DNA of 64,000 nt. Source: Candidatus Dojkabacteria bacterium (GTDB lineage: Bacteria > Patescibacteriota > Dojkabacteria > B142 > JAFGFJ01). Within the stretch, counting starts at the first letter, position 1, and each line of letters starts with the position of its first letter. Below are positions 29,857 to 38,849 of this stretch, piece after piece. Both the position numbers and the translations under genes were made by a program. The stretch covers positions 77,115 through 141,114 of the forward strand of contig JAFGFJ010000006.1 in assembly GCA_016931155.1 (NCBI GenBank), given 5' to 3'. The notes below the pieces were generated by a model. It was given only the letters and a program-made list of their open reading frames with translations, was not told the origin of the DNA and did not search any database.

Positions 29857-30422
29857 GTGTAGTTTTCCTCTCTATCTTTTTTATCTTTTGTAACTGCTTC
29901 CAATAAAACAACGGCCAAATAATACACACGAAGCCAATTTTCTTCATCACTTTCTCCTGATGCGTTTTCTCCGTAAAAAGATTCCATATATTCTAAAATT
30001 TCTCGTGAGATCTCTCTATTTTCTATTCTCTTCAGTATCTCAGGATCGAGTTCTGGTGATTCGAACGAGAGAAGAGATGATAATGCAATTCTATGAGAAA
30101 TAGCATCAGGCTTTGGGTTTAGGCTTTCTCTTTTAAGCAGTTCTAAATTCACTGGTTCACCTTTAGAGCTTGTTTGAAAGAATGAGTTTAAATCTATACC
30201 AAGGGCTTTAAGATCGTCCATTAACTCTAATCGAATCTCAGTAAAAATATGATGATCAAACGGGCTAAATAAATTATCAGCTATCATACACATGCTTTCA
30301 TGAGTTGCGAGATCAAGCGCAGTACTATAATCAGTTCTCCTTTCTCTGTAGAATGCATACTTGTCGGCCGACACTTCTTTGTTATGTGATGAACTGCCGA
30401 ATATTTCTGTATATGAATCCAT
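29853..30422 (-). CDS. Hypothetical acidic protein (189 aa)
   Basis: Long ORF with an ATGA-type overlap with its neighbour. No recognisable motif. Confidence 0.4.
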   Translation of the reverse strand: MDSYTEIFGSSSHNKEVSADKYAFYRERRTDYSTALDLATHESMCMIADNLFSPFDHHIFTEIRLELMDDLKALGIDLNSFFQTSSKGEPVNLELLKRESLNPKPDAISHRIALSSLLSFESPELDPEILKRIENREISREILEYMESFYGENASGESDEENWLRVYYLAVVLLEAVTKDKKDREENYT

Positions 30423-30509
30423 GATTTTTGAACATAAAGATGATATATAAGGATTTTATCACAAAAAGGAAAAAGTATTAACCAAACTGGTATATTTCTA
30501 CTCAGGCTT

Positions 30510-31166
30510 TCAACAATAGTGTTCCTTTTTCCACTTTTCTATCTTGCTATGATCTCCGCTTGTCAACACCTTTGGAACTTCCCAGGTTTCTCCTTCATCA
30601 GTTGTAAATTCTTCCGGTCGTGTATAGAGCGGATACTCTTCCCTGGAGCTATCCTTGTCTGAGAAAGATTCCTCGATTATAGATTCTGGGTTTCCAACAA
30701 CTCCTGGAATCAATCTTGCTATAGAATCAATTACTGCCATTGCAGGAATTTCACCTCCAGTAAGAATGAAATTGCCAATGGAGACTACTTCGTCTGCAAT
30801 ATTTTCAATTATTCGAGAATCCAGTCCCTCATAATGTCCACAAATAATAATCAAATGTTTCTTATTGGAGAGTTCCCTCGCTCTCGCTTGTGTGTACGTC
30901 TTACCTTTCGGAGATAGTGCGATCACATGGGAGCCATTTTTCTTTAGTTCTTTCACAGCCCTGTAAACTGGTTCGACTTTCATGACCATTCCTGCTCCTC
31001 CCCCAAAAGGTCTATCATCAACTGTCTTTCGTTTGTCCTTTGTCCATTTTCTTAAACTATGAATTTTTATTTTTACCAGCTTTTTATCCTGTGCTCTTCT
31101 AACGATACTCTCTGCAAATGGAGATTCAAACATTTTTGGAAAAATTGAGAGAATGTCAATTTGCAT
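30510..31166 (-). CDS. trmD: tRNA (guanine37-N1)-methyltransferase
   Basis: MQIDILSIFPKMFESPF N-terminus, the SPOUT knot region IICGHYEGLDSRI, and a C-terminal domain. Confidence 0.9.
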   Translation of the reverse strand: MQIDILSIFPKMFESPFAESIVRRAQDKKLVKIKIHSLRKWTKDKRKTVDDRPFGGGAGMVMKVEPVYRAVKELKKNGSHVIALSPKGKTYTQARARELSNKKHLIIICGHYEGLDSRIIENIADEVVSIGNFILTGGEIPAMAVIDSIARLIPGVVGNPESIIEESFSDKDSSREEYPLYTRPEEFTTDEGETWEVPKVLTSGDHSKIEKWKKEHYC

Positions 31167-31170
31167 GGAC

Positions 31171-31599
31171 TTATTTTATTAATTTAACTAAATCTTTAAT
31201 TCCTATTGTCTGGATTTCTTCCACCTTTTTTAGGTTCAAATCATTCGAGATAAAATAGTCACAATCACTTTGTATTCCTGTAGATAAGTGAATACAATCA
31301 GGTGTCATTATGTTGTATTTTGCCCGGAGTTCAGCTGCCTTTATTGAGATAATTGGATCCACTGGTATAGGGTTTATTATTCTTAACTCTGTCAGAAACT
31401 CGATGTAGTCGGTTTTTAGTTTTCTGTTCCCATCCCTTATTGGTAATACAAGGCATTCTGTGAAGGATAAAAAAGATGTCGTCAAAAGAATATTTTTTTT
31501 AAGACAGTATTTTAGAAGGTCATGTACTATCCTTTTGTAATAAGGACTTCCTTCAAATGCACATATCCAGAAGTAACTATCTGCGTAAAGTTTCTTCAT
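31171..31599 (-). CDS. vapC: PIN-domain ribonuclease toxin VapC
   Basis: PIN acidic residues (LYADSYFWI N-terminal Asp; TPDCIHLSTGIQSDCDYFISND). The start is taken at the internal M (MKKLYAD), which gives a 4-nt ATGA overlap with the vapB stop. The ORF track begins 36 nt upstream. Confidence 0.7.
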   Translation of the reverse strand: MKKLYADSYFWICAFEGSPYYKRIVHDLLKYCLKKNILLTTSFLSFTECLVLPIRDGNRKLKTDYIEFLTELRIINPIPVDPIISIKAAELRAKYNIMTPDCIHLSTGIQSDCDYFISNDLNLKKVEEIQTIGIKDLVKLIK

Positions 31600-31862
31600 T
31601 GTGGCCAACTTTTTCTCCTTTCTTTTTTCAACCATTTTTCACCTCCTCCATGTTTTTCATACATGCTTTTGCCTATTCCAAGAGTCTTATCTATTAGCTC
31701 TTCCTGACTTTTTTCTTTCCTGACATCGATAGTATCTCCTAGAACAATCCATATCAGTCTTTCAGATGGCTTAACTTGAAGGGCTTCTCTAACTTTCTTG
31801 GGGACATATGTTTGATAATTTGAACTTACCGTTGTTTTGCTTGGTGTGGATTGTGTAAACAT
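31596..31862 (-). CDS. vapB: AbrB/MazE-fold antitoxin VapB
   Basis: Swapped-hairpin motif NYQTYVPKKVREALQVKPSERLIWIV. It lies upstream of, and overlaps, the PIN gene. Confidence 0.65.
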   Translation of the reverse strand: MFTQSTPSKTTVSSNYQTYVPKKVREALQVKPSERLIWIVLGDTIDVRKEKSQEELIDKTLGIGKSMYEKHGGGEKWLKKERRKSWPQ

Positions 31863-32085
31863 GTCATAAATGTAAACAATTATTACTTTTATAACATGGT
31901 AATTTACTTTTAGTCAAGCAGAAATTGTTTTAGTGTGGTTATTTATGTTTAGTGTAAACGACCTTAAGCTTACGCTAAATCTATGGACAAAGCCTGTAGA
32001 GTCATCAGGGAGATTTTTTTCCATTAACGGTTTTCCCTTTCCAAGAGTATGTAGAAGAACGTGATATTTACTTATATAGACTGCA

Positions 32086-32117
32086 AGCTTTTCTTCAAGC
32101 CTGCTTGAAGAAAAGCT
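32086..32117. promoter_or_regulatory. 30-bp near-perfect palindrome agcttttcttcaagc-ct-gcttgaagaaaagct (15-bp arms). It could be a hairpin terminator for the femX-murF transcript or a protein-binding operator
   Basis: Read directly. It lies between the femX-like 3' end and the vapBC promoter region. There is no clear U-tract on either strand. Confidence 0.4.
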
Positions 32118-32198
32118 GTCTCTTTCTGATGCTTGTAAATTGAAAGGATAAGTATGGAATTGCTGGTTTTCTATTATAGCTTTGTCTTACAGAGGAGC

Positions 32199-33233
32199 CT
32201 AGTATCCCTTTAACTTTCTTTCCACTTTTTCATAAACGTGAGTCAGCCAATATTTTTTTGATACCGGCATATCTTTGGCGTGTATCCAATGTTCGACTTC
32301 TCCACCAAATCCCATCTTGAAAAATGTAAGTCCGTACCAGGGATGTTTTTTCTTTGGGTCATCGTTTTTGTCGGTTGGAGCAATTCCCCAGAAATTATAT
32401 TTTTTCAGACCTCGTGCTTTTGCTTCCAGTATTGATTCCCACTGGAGAAGATAGGCAGAAGGAACCTTGCTGTACTCCGATAAAGTCCCGGAGTGATGAT
32501 AAACTGCCTGATCTTTGAAATAGGTAAATAATGATCCACCAATATACTTATCATTATACTTCGAAAGAAAGAGCATTATTTGATTGTCCTTTACAAAGAC
32601 TTTAAACTGTTTTTTTATATAGTTGAAATCGTATGCATTCCATTTATGTCTTTTTACTGTATCCTGATATATCTCCCAGAAAGAGTTTAAATCCTGGATA
32701 TCCTGGCTTTTTATAATTTCAACACCATCTCTCTTTGCTCGGTTTATGTAGTAGCGGGTATTTTTCCTCATTCCATTCAAAATTTGCTCTTCACTTTGTT
32801 CAAGGTCTAGTACCCAGGTTATTTCAGCATCTACATCATGCATTTGGGAGTCATTGAAACCAAGAGAACAAAGGAAATTTTCCTGCTTGCTCCCGGGTTT
32901 TATTTGCGGGCTTATTCTTAAAAAATCATACTTCTCTTTTAAAGTGAGCTCCTTGAGATAATCAATAAAAGTATCAACAAGTCTCTCGTTGTCGTAGTCA
33001 AGTACTGGTCCGTGCCTGACATGAAGCATTTTTCCTCTTTTGGCTGCTACCTTTTGTACAAGTGCTATTCCTTTTAATTTGTTTTCATCATAGGCTCCGA
33101 TTCTGGCAATGCTATTTCCTATACTCTTATAAAACTCTCCAGCATTCCACGACTGAAGAAAAGATGTCGGGAAGTCGTGTTCGTAGATAAAACTGTCCCA
33201 TTCTTTTTGAGTGTCTACTTCATGAAAAATCAC
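32199..33233 (-). CDS. FemABX-family peptidoglycan interpeptide-bridge aminoacyltransferase
   Basis: Family motif MRKNTRYYINRAKRDGVEI and the overall FemX/GNAT-like length. 4-nt overlap with murF. Confidence 0.7.
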   Translation of the reverse strand: MIFHEVDTQKEWDSFIYEHDFPTSFLQSWNAGEFYKSIGNSIARIGAYDENKLKGIALVQKVAAKRGKMLHVRHGPVLDYDNERLVDTFIDYLKELTLKEKYDFLRISPQIKPGSKQENFLCSLGFNDSQMHDVDAEITWVLDLEQSEEQILNGMRKNTRYYINRAKRDGVEIIKSQDIQDLNSFWEIYQDTVKRHKWNAYDFNYIKKQFKVFVKDNQIMLFLSKYNDKYIGGSLFTYFKDQAVYHHSGTLSEYSKVPSAYLLQWESILEAKARGLKKYNFWGIAPTDKNDDPKKKHPWYGLTFFKMGFGGEVEHWIHAKDMPVSKKYWLTHVYEKVERKLKGY

Positions 33234-35020
33234 TTGAAAGTTTGTCCTTTAATTTTTGGGGGGATATTCCCTTCAAATAAAAATACAGTATCTCTTCTCG
33301 CACTTCTCAGTATTTCTGCAAGCATTGCTTCTTGATCTTTTGATATAGATATTTCAAAAGTATTATTAAAATCTTTCACCTCTTCGTACAAAACTGGATC
33401 ACTAACAATTGCTCTGTCTGCAGAATTGACCAGTGCAGGAATAATCTTTTTATATACCTCTCTTTTCATTTGTCCGAGCTGGAGAATTCCCTGTGTCACA
33501 ACTATTTTCTTTTCTCCTTTCATGTTCTTTAATTTTTCCAGAGCCTTGATAAATCCGTCCGAGTTAGAGTTGTAACTGTCATCGATTATTCTGGAATCAT
33601 TTATGCCATCCCTGATGTTGAGGTGTGGCAAATCAAACTCTACTCTTGGAATAGCCTTAACCAGCTCTTCCAGTTTCATCCCGACTTCAAGGCAGGCGGC
33701 CATTGCTGCAAGAAGATTTGAGACGTTGTGGGTATCATCAAGTGCAACAGTCAAATTGTACTGGTTGTTGTTTTGAAGAAGCTTAAAATTGATTCTTCCT
33801 TTAACCTTTGTAATATCTGTAGCCACTAAAGTTGAGCGACTTGCGTCAGGGAATATGTAATTCTTTTCTTTTATTGCAACACCGGCTGCCGTTTCATCCC
33901 CTCTTCTGTTTGTGAAATACATTACTTCTCTGCGTGTTGATTTCTCAGCCATTCGAAGTGTGTATTCGTTATCTCCGTTCAGAATTGCAACGCCTTCATC
34001 AGTCAAGGCCTCTATAATTTCATATTTTGCTTTTATAGTATTTTTAATTGAGCCAAAAAGAGAAACATGTTGTTCGTTCACTCCAGTTACTATTGAAATA
34101 TTTGGACGGAGTACTTTTGCAGCAGCCTTTATTTCTCCCACCCTGTAAGCACCCATTTCTGCAACAAATATCTCTGTACCTTGCTTAAGTTCGGTAAGAA
34201 TTGACTTTGCTATGCCAACGTCAGTGTTGTAGTTTCTTGGTGTTTTCGCTGTTTTAAATTCCTCTTTCAGGAGTCTATACAGAATTTCTTTGGTAGTGGA
34301 TTTTCCAAAGCTTCCAGTAATTGCGATTACCTTGAGTGAAGGGAAATGTTTCAATTTATTTTTTGCTTTTGAGATCAGTAGCAGTTTATTAATGAGTGCA
34401 AATGGGTAGGTGATGAGAACAGACAAAGAAACAACAAGAAAAGAAAGAAGATCGGGAATAATAGATGAATATGCGACATAAGTGAGGATAAATCCACCAA
34501 CTGGAAGTATTTTCAATCCAGTTTCGGCTTCTTTTGCAATCAGACCTTCTTCAAGCACTTCTGTGAAAAAATCTGTTGTTCCAGTAAGTCCTTCCGTTCC
34601 AAAATCTGTGTTCCATAAAAGACAGGACAGAAAGAACATAGGTAGTAGCACAATTATGAGAGAAGTAAACATTATTATTAAATTTCTTATGCTTTTCCTT
34701 GGTAGTATCAAAGACTTACTGATAAACATTTTTATTGTTTGTAGAGCTTCAAAAACATAGAAAAGAAAAGAAAATATGGCAGCTATAAAATAGTAATTTG
34801 TAGAAAGTAAAATTAAAGACAGTATTAACAAGAGTAGCGGAACAATCCTTACAATTTTTTTGAGTGTCTCGGAATCTTCTCTGTGAATAGCAGAATCCCA
34901 GACTCTCATTAACTTATACTCCTTTATCTGCCAGATAAACATAGACAAAAAAAGATTCCGGAGAATAACAGAAATTGCCGGCAAATAGAGAATAATTGTG
35001 AAAACAATTATAAAATTCAT
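33230..35020 (-). CDS. murF: UDP-MurNAc-tripeptide--D-Ala-D-Ala ligase MurF with an N-terminal polytopic membrane extension
   Basis: Mur-ligase P-loop VIAITGSFGKSTTKEIL. Central and C-terminal Mur ligase domains (DDSYNSN). The first roughly 200 aa are hydrophobic, with about 5 predicted TM helices. Confidence 0.75.
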   Translation of the reverse strand: MNFIIVFTIILYLPAISVILRNLFLSMFIWQIKEYKLMRVWDSAIHREDSETLKKIVRIVPLLLLILSLILLSTNYYFIAAIFSFLFYVFEALQTIKMFISKSLILPRKSIRNLIIMFTSLIIVLLPMFFLSCLLWNTDFGTEGLTGTTDFFTEVLEEGLIAKEAETGLKILPVGGFILTYVAYSSIIPDLLSFLVVSLSVLITYPFALINKLLLISKAKNKLKHFPSLKVIAITGSFGKSTTKEILYRLLKEEFKTAKTPRNYNTDVGIAKSILTELKQGTEIFVAEMGAYRVGEIKAAAKVLRPNISIVTGVNEQHVSLFGSIKNTIKAKYEIIEALTDEGVAILNGDNEYTLRMAEKSTRREVMYFTNRRGDETAAGVAIKEKNYIFPDASRSTLVATDITKVKGRINFKLLQNNNQYNLTVALDDTHNVSNLLAAMAACLEVGMKLEELVKAIPRVEFDLPHLNIRDGINDSRIIDDSYNSNSDGFIKALEKLKNMKGEKKIVVTQGILQLGQMKREVYKKIIPALVNSADRAIVSDPVLYEEVKDFNNTFEISISKDQEAMLAEILRSARRDTVFLFEGNIPPKIKGQTFK

Positions 35021-35086
35021 GACTTATTGTAATTAAGAAATAAGAAACAAACAAGGAGCAAGTTTCCTAAAATCTGTAAAAGAGTT

Positions 35087-35857
35087 TTAGTCAGGATTTT
35101 CTTGTAAGTACTTATCAATAAGATCGGCTGTGAACTTCGGTTTCTGCAGAGGAAGTCCATGTGTTTCATTTTCTACCATTTCAAGTTTCGAATTTGGGAT
35201 AAGATTCCGCATTTTGACACCCATCCAGAGAGGGACATAAGTGTCTTTTTCACTCCAAATTATAAAGGTTGGTACTTTTATTAACTTCAGCTCCTGATCA
35301 AAATGCTCATTAATAACTTTTTTGAATGTTTCTTTAAGTCCTTCTGATTTTAGATAGTCCGTTTCTCTTACAACATATCTGTAGTAGAAATTTTTGATCC
35401 TTTCTCTAGACTTTGCAGGGAAAATAGAAGCGAAAACCTTAAAAATCTCTGTGGCGACCGCCAGTACATTTTTTTTTAGATTATTTTTTGGTTTAATACC
35501 GGAGGCGTTTATCAAGATAAGCCTTGAAATCATATTGGGAAATTCCAGTACAAAGCGTGTGGATATTTTTCCGCCAAATGAATGACCAATTAATATAGGC
35601 CTTTTTAATCTAAGCATTAAAATCAATTCCTCCAAAAAAACAGCATAGTCCTTGAGTGTCCATGGTTTGTGTGGGGTTTCGCTTTTTCCAAATCCGGGAA
35701 GAGAAATATTTACGACACTGAAGCCTTTTTTTGAAAGTATTTCCTGTAGGGGAGAAAGACTTTCGATATTTCCTCCCCAACCATGGAGAAGAAGGACATT
35801 TCCCCCTTTTCCCGTTTTTGAGTATTCAATCTTGAGACCGGATGCTTTTGTAAACAT
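35087..35857 (-). CDS. Alpha/beta-fold hydrolase
   Basis: GHSFGG nucleophile elbow. An HGWGG oxyanion region is also present. C-terminal His. Confidence 0.75.
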   Translation of the reverse strand: MFTKASGLKIEYSKTGKGGNVLLLHGWGGNIESLSPLQEILSKKGFSVVNISLPGFGKSETPHKPWTLKDYAVFLEELILMLRLKRPILIGHSFGGKISTRFVLEFPNMISRLILINASGIKPKNNLKKNVLAVATEIFKVFASIFPAKSRERIKNFYYRYVVRETDYLKSEGLKETFKKVINEHFDQELKLIKVPTFIIWSEKDTYVPLWMGVKMRNLIPNSKLEMVENETHGLPLQKPKFTADLIDKYLQENPD

Positions 35858-36132
35858 GAAAGAATTAAAGCATAAATCAACTCAATTTTCTATTGTTTGT
35901 TCTTGGTTGGTGCTGATTGCTTCTAATCTAAATTCCAGACATTAAATAGTGAGATAGTAAGATCAAATATGTTAGCTTTGCCAGCAGGTACCTGATCATA
36001 CTGTTTGTCGGAATGAGCAAATAACTATTGCTATGGTCATTTTACTTCTGAGCTGATACAAAATATGTTGAAGTATGATTGAATTTTACGTATTTGACTA
36101 TCTGACTTCCATTGTGACATACTGGTATCAGT

Positions 36133-36537
36133 TTGATTTTGCTTATGAATGTTGATGAAGTAGTAAAACTTGTTTATGCTTTCGGAATTACTGGAAGTGT
36201 CGTGGGAGTCTCAATTTTTTTGATGAGGCTTCTTGATAGATTGACAAGAAGAATGGATGAGATGGAGAGGATAACTGAAAATGTTGGAGAGATCAGTGAA
36301 AAAGTTTCTGCAAATATGGATCTTCTGGAAGAATCGCTTGAGATTTTTACAGGTATTACAAGAAAATTGAAATACGGATTAATTGATCCTTTATCCGAAA
36401 TTTTTTCTCTGGTAAGGATCATAAAGGGAATTATTGCAGGACTTGGGGGAAGAGAAGGTGGAAGGTTTCAGAAGAAAAAAAATAAAAACGAAGAAACAGA
36501 CAAGAACCAGGAAGACCTGGATCTTGATAAAAATTAA
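36133..36537 (+). CDS. Hypothetical membrane-anchored coiled-coil protein
   Basis: One N-terminal TM segment. Charged C-terminus. Confidence 0.4.
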   Translation: MILLMNVDEVVKLVYAFGITGSVVGVSIFLMRLLDRLTRRMDEMERITENVGEISEKVSANMDLLEESLEIFTGITRKLKYGLIDPLSEIFSLVRIIKGIIAGLGGREGGRFQKKKNKNEETDKNQEDLDLDKN

Positions 36538-36555
36538 TTTTTTATACTAATTAAC

Positions 36556-36867
36556 ATGAGAAACAGGGATTATTACAGGTGTGAGGGAGAATCTATAACG
36601 GGTCTTATAACAGGTCTTATTCTTGGAGGAGTTGTTGGAGCTGGTATTGTTTTGTACCTTCACTCTGATAAAGGAAGAGAAAAAGTTAAGGAACTAAAAA
36701 GCAGGACAATGGATTACAAAGACGAAATAGAGAAGAAGTTTGAAGAATTAAAAGAGAAAAAGGTTTATCCAGCTATCGAAAGTATAAAAAGCGAGTTTAA
36801 GGATAGAATCAAGAGGCTTGATCCAGCTGAAAAAAAATCCTCAGGACGCAGGAGGTACAATCAATAA
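36556..36867 (+). CDS. YtxH-like small membrane protein
   Basis: GLITGLILGGVVGAGIVLYL TM segment followed by a charged helical tail. Confidence 0.45.
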   Translation: MRNRDYYRCEGESITGLITGLILGGVVGAGIVLYLHSDKGREKVKELKSRTMDYKDEIEKKFEELKEKKVYPAIESIKSEFKDRIKRLDPAEKKSSGRRRYNQ

Positions 36868-36890
36868 TCTAATTTTTACGGTTCTATAAT

Positions 36891-37217
36891 ATGACAGTCG
36901 AAGTTGCTGATAGTGACTTTCAAAAAGAGGTTTTGGAGTCAAATGGTGTGGTAGTTGTTGATTTTTGGGCGGAGTGGTGTGGTCCATGTAAGGTTCAGGG
37001 ACCGATTATTGATAAGCTTGCAAAAGATCATAAAGATGATGAGAATGTAAAGTTTGCTAAACTTGACGTTGATGCAAACCCAGCGACTTCTGCTCAGTAC
37101 CAGATACTAAGCATTCCTACTTTGTTGTTCTTTAAAGGCGGAGAAAAAGTTGAAGTTATGATTGGTCTTCAAAGTGAAGACAGGATTATGCAAAAAATAG
37201 CAGAAATGACTGCCTAG
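36891..37217 (+). CDS. trxA: Thioredoxin
   Basis: WAEWCGPCK active site, 108 aa. Confidence 0.95.
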   Translation: MTVEVADSDFQKEVLESNGVVVVDFWAEWCGPCKVQGPIIDKLAKDHKDDENVKFAKLDVDANPATSAQYQILSIPTLLFFKGGEKVEVMIGLQSEDRIMQKIAEMTA

Positions 37218-37218
37218 G

Positions 37219-37247
37219 TTGACAAAAAAAGACCTGTAGTGTACCAT
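37219..37247 (+). promoter_or_regulatory. Candidate rpsO promoter TTGACA-N17-TACCAT
   Basis: ttgaca at 37219-37224, a 17-nt spacer, and taccat at 37242-37247. It lies 26 nt upstream of the rpsO ATG. A small AGTGT..ACACT hairpin overlaps the leader. Confidence 0.4.
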
Positions 37248-37272
37248 TCGAAACACTGAAAGATATTTTGAA

Positions 37273-37545
37273 ATGGCTCTTTCGAAAGAATCAAAAAACA
37301 ATATTGTAAAGAAATTTGGATCTCACGATAAGGATACTGGGTCTCCCCAGGTTCAGATCGCCTTACTCTCTTCCAGAATTGATGAGCTAACCGAACATCT
37401 GAAAAGTCATAAGAATGATAATCATTCACGAAGAGGTCTTTTAAGACTTGTTGGACAGAGAAGGAAACTGATAAAGTATCTTGGGAAAGAAGAAGGAAAA
37501 GAGAGTCTGGAAAAAATTCAGAGAGAATTAAAGTTGACTGCTTAG
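37273..37545 (+). CDS. rpsO: 30S ribosomal protein S15
   Basis: [70 protein letters not shown] is a near-canonical S15. Confidence 0.95.
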   Translation: MALSKESKNNIVKKFGSHDKDTGSPQVQIALLSSRIDELTEHLKSHKNDNHSRRGLLRLVGQRRKLIKYLGKEEGKESLEKIQRELKLTA

Positions 37546-37658
37546 GTTATTTCATTTGTTTCCCCTTGTTATGCTTGTCTCTACTATTATTAGTGTTGTA
37601 TTAATTCCACTTAGTCTTCTTTTTATAGTTTTATAGTAGAATAGACAAAGGAGCTTAT

Positions 37659-38708
37659 ATGAAAGTAGTCTGGAAACCAAATACTGCAAGCATCAAGAAA
37701 AGAAAAGGGAAGCTGGCCTTATTTTTTGAAACTATTCTTTCCAGAACAAAAAAGTTTTTGATATGGGCATTTGTCATTATTCCAATTTTCGCTGTTTCTC
37801 TTTTTTTTCTTCTAAGGTACCTTTCTTCCGGTAAGTTCAATATCAATAATGTGGCTTTCTTTGGTACAACCCTTACACGCCAGGAAGATCTTGAGGCTAT
37901 TAAAACGGACTTTCTGGGCAGGAATATTTTCCTTTTAAGAACCAGTGAAATAGAATTGGCTATGAGAGAGAAAGGGACGTATGTAAGTGAAGTGTATGTA
38001 GAGAAAATTCTTCCGGATAGTCTTGAGGTATACATTGAAGAAAAAATACCGCAGTTGATTTATATAAATTTCTCAAATGCTTATCTTCTGACAGGTGATT
38101 CTGAAGTGGTTGACGTAATATCAAAAGACCAGGAATTGGGTTTGAGTGATGAAGAGATATCTATACTCAAGGGTTTTGGAGACTTGAATTCAAATTACGT
38201 AATAGAAAGAATTATTTCAAAACAAGAGAACTTGGAAGATAATAGTGAGAAGATAGAAGAATTCAAGAAGTCCATAACAGAAGAAGAGAAATTGAAAACA
38301 CTGAAAGAGATACGAGGAGAAATGCAGGCAAAAATTGAGCAAATATATGGAATTCATCTGGATAATGTCTCAAAAAGCCGTTTCTGGCACTTGCCTGTTA
38401 CTTTCGTTTACGAGACTATGAGCTATCAGCTAACTGATAATATCGACAATAGTAAGATAAAATTTTTTCTAAACGTTGTGAAATTTATTGATGAGAATAA
38501 AGAGTTTGAAGTATGGCGGTATCAGTGGGACAGTAAATTCAGGCTTTCTATACATCTGGTAAACGGGAAAATCTTCTATTTTTCTACAAAAAGAGACTTC
38601 AATCTTCAAAAGGAAGATCTCCTTATCGTCCTAAATGAACTGAAAACAGAGGATAAGAATTATAGGAGTATTGATGTTGGTGCTGATAAGGTAGTAGTTG
38701 ATCGTTGA
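37659..38708 (+). CDS. ftsQ: FtsQ/DivIB-like cell division protein (POTRA domain)
   Basis: A single N-terminal TM segment, then a POTRA-like region (FKINNVAFFGTTLTRQEDLEAIKTDFLGRNIFLL...YVEKILPDSLEVYIEEKIP). It lies directly upstream of ftsA-ftsZ. Confidence 0.6.
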   Translation: MKVVWKPNTASIKKRKGKLALFFETILSRTKKFLIWAFVIIPIFAVSLFFLLRYLSSGKFNINNVAFFGTTLTRQEDLEAIKTDFLGRNIFLLRTSEIELAMREKGTYVSEVYVEKILPDSLEVYIEEKIPQLIYINFSNAYLLTGDSEVVDVISKDQELGLSDEEISILKGFGDLNSNYVIERIISKQENLEDNSEKIEEFKKSITEEEKLKTLKEIRGEMQAKIEQIYGIHLDNVSKSRFWHLPVTFVYETMSYQLTDNIDNSKIKFFLNVVKFIDENKEFEVWRYQWDSKFRLSIHLVNGKIFYFSTKRDFNLQKEDLLIVLNELKTEDKNYRSIDVGADKVVVDR

Positions 38709-38849
38709 ATCACAGAAAATAAACTTTATTAGTTTGACAAAAACTGCTTTACAGCTAAAATAGTCCTCAATACTTTGAATTGGTGTATAATTGTTTGCGA
38801 AAGGTTCTGGTTGGGGATAGAATATATAAAATTTTAAAAGCTAGGTTAG

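Noticed and set aside
37655-38035. 126-aa minus-strand ORF antisense to ftsQ, plus many 60-110-aa ORFs antisense within pcrA, argS, dnaG, ftsK, serS, infB, murF and others
   Set aside because: They lie entirely inside well-supported genes on the opposite strand, have low-complexity AT-rich codon-shadow composition, and show no motifs.
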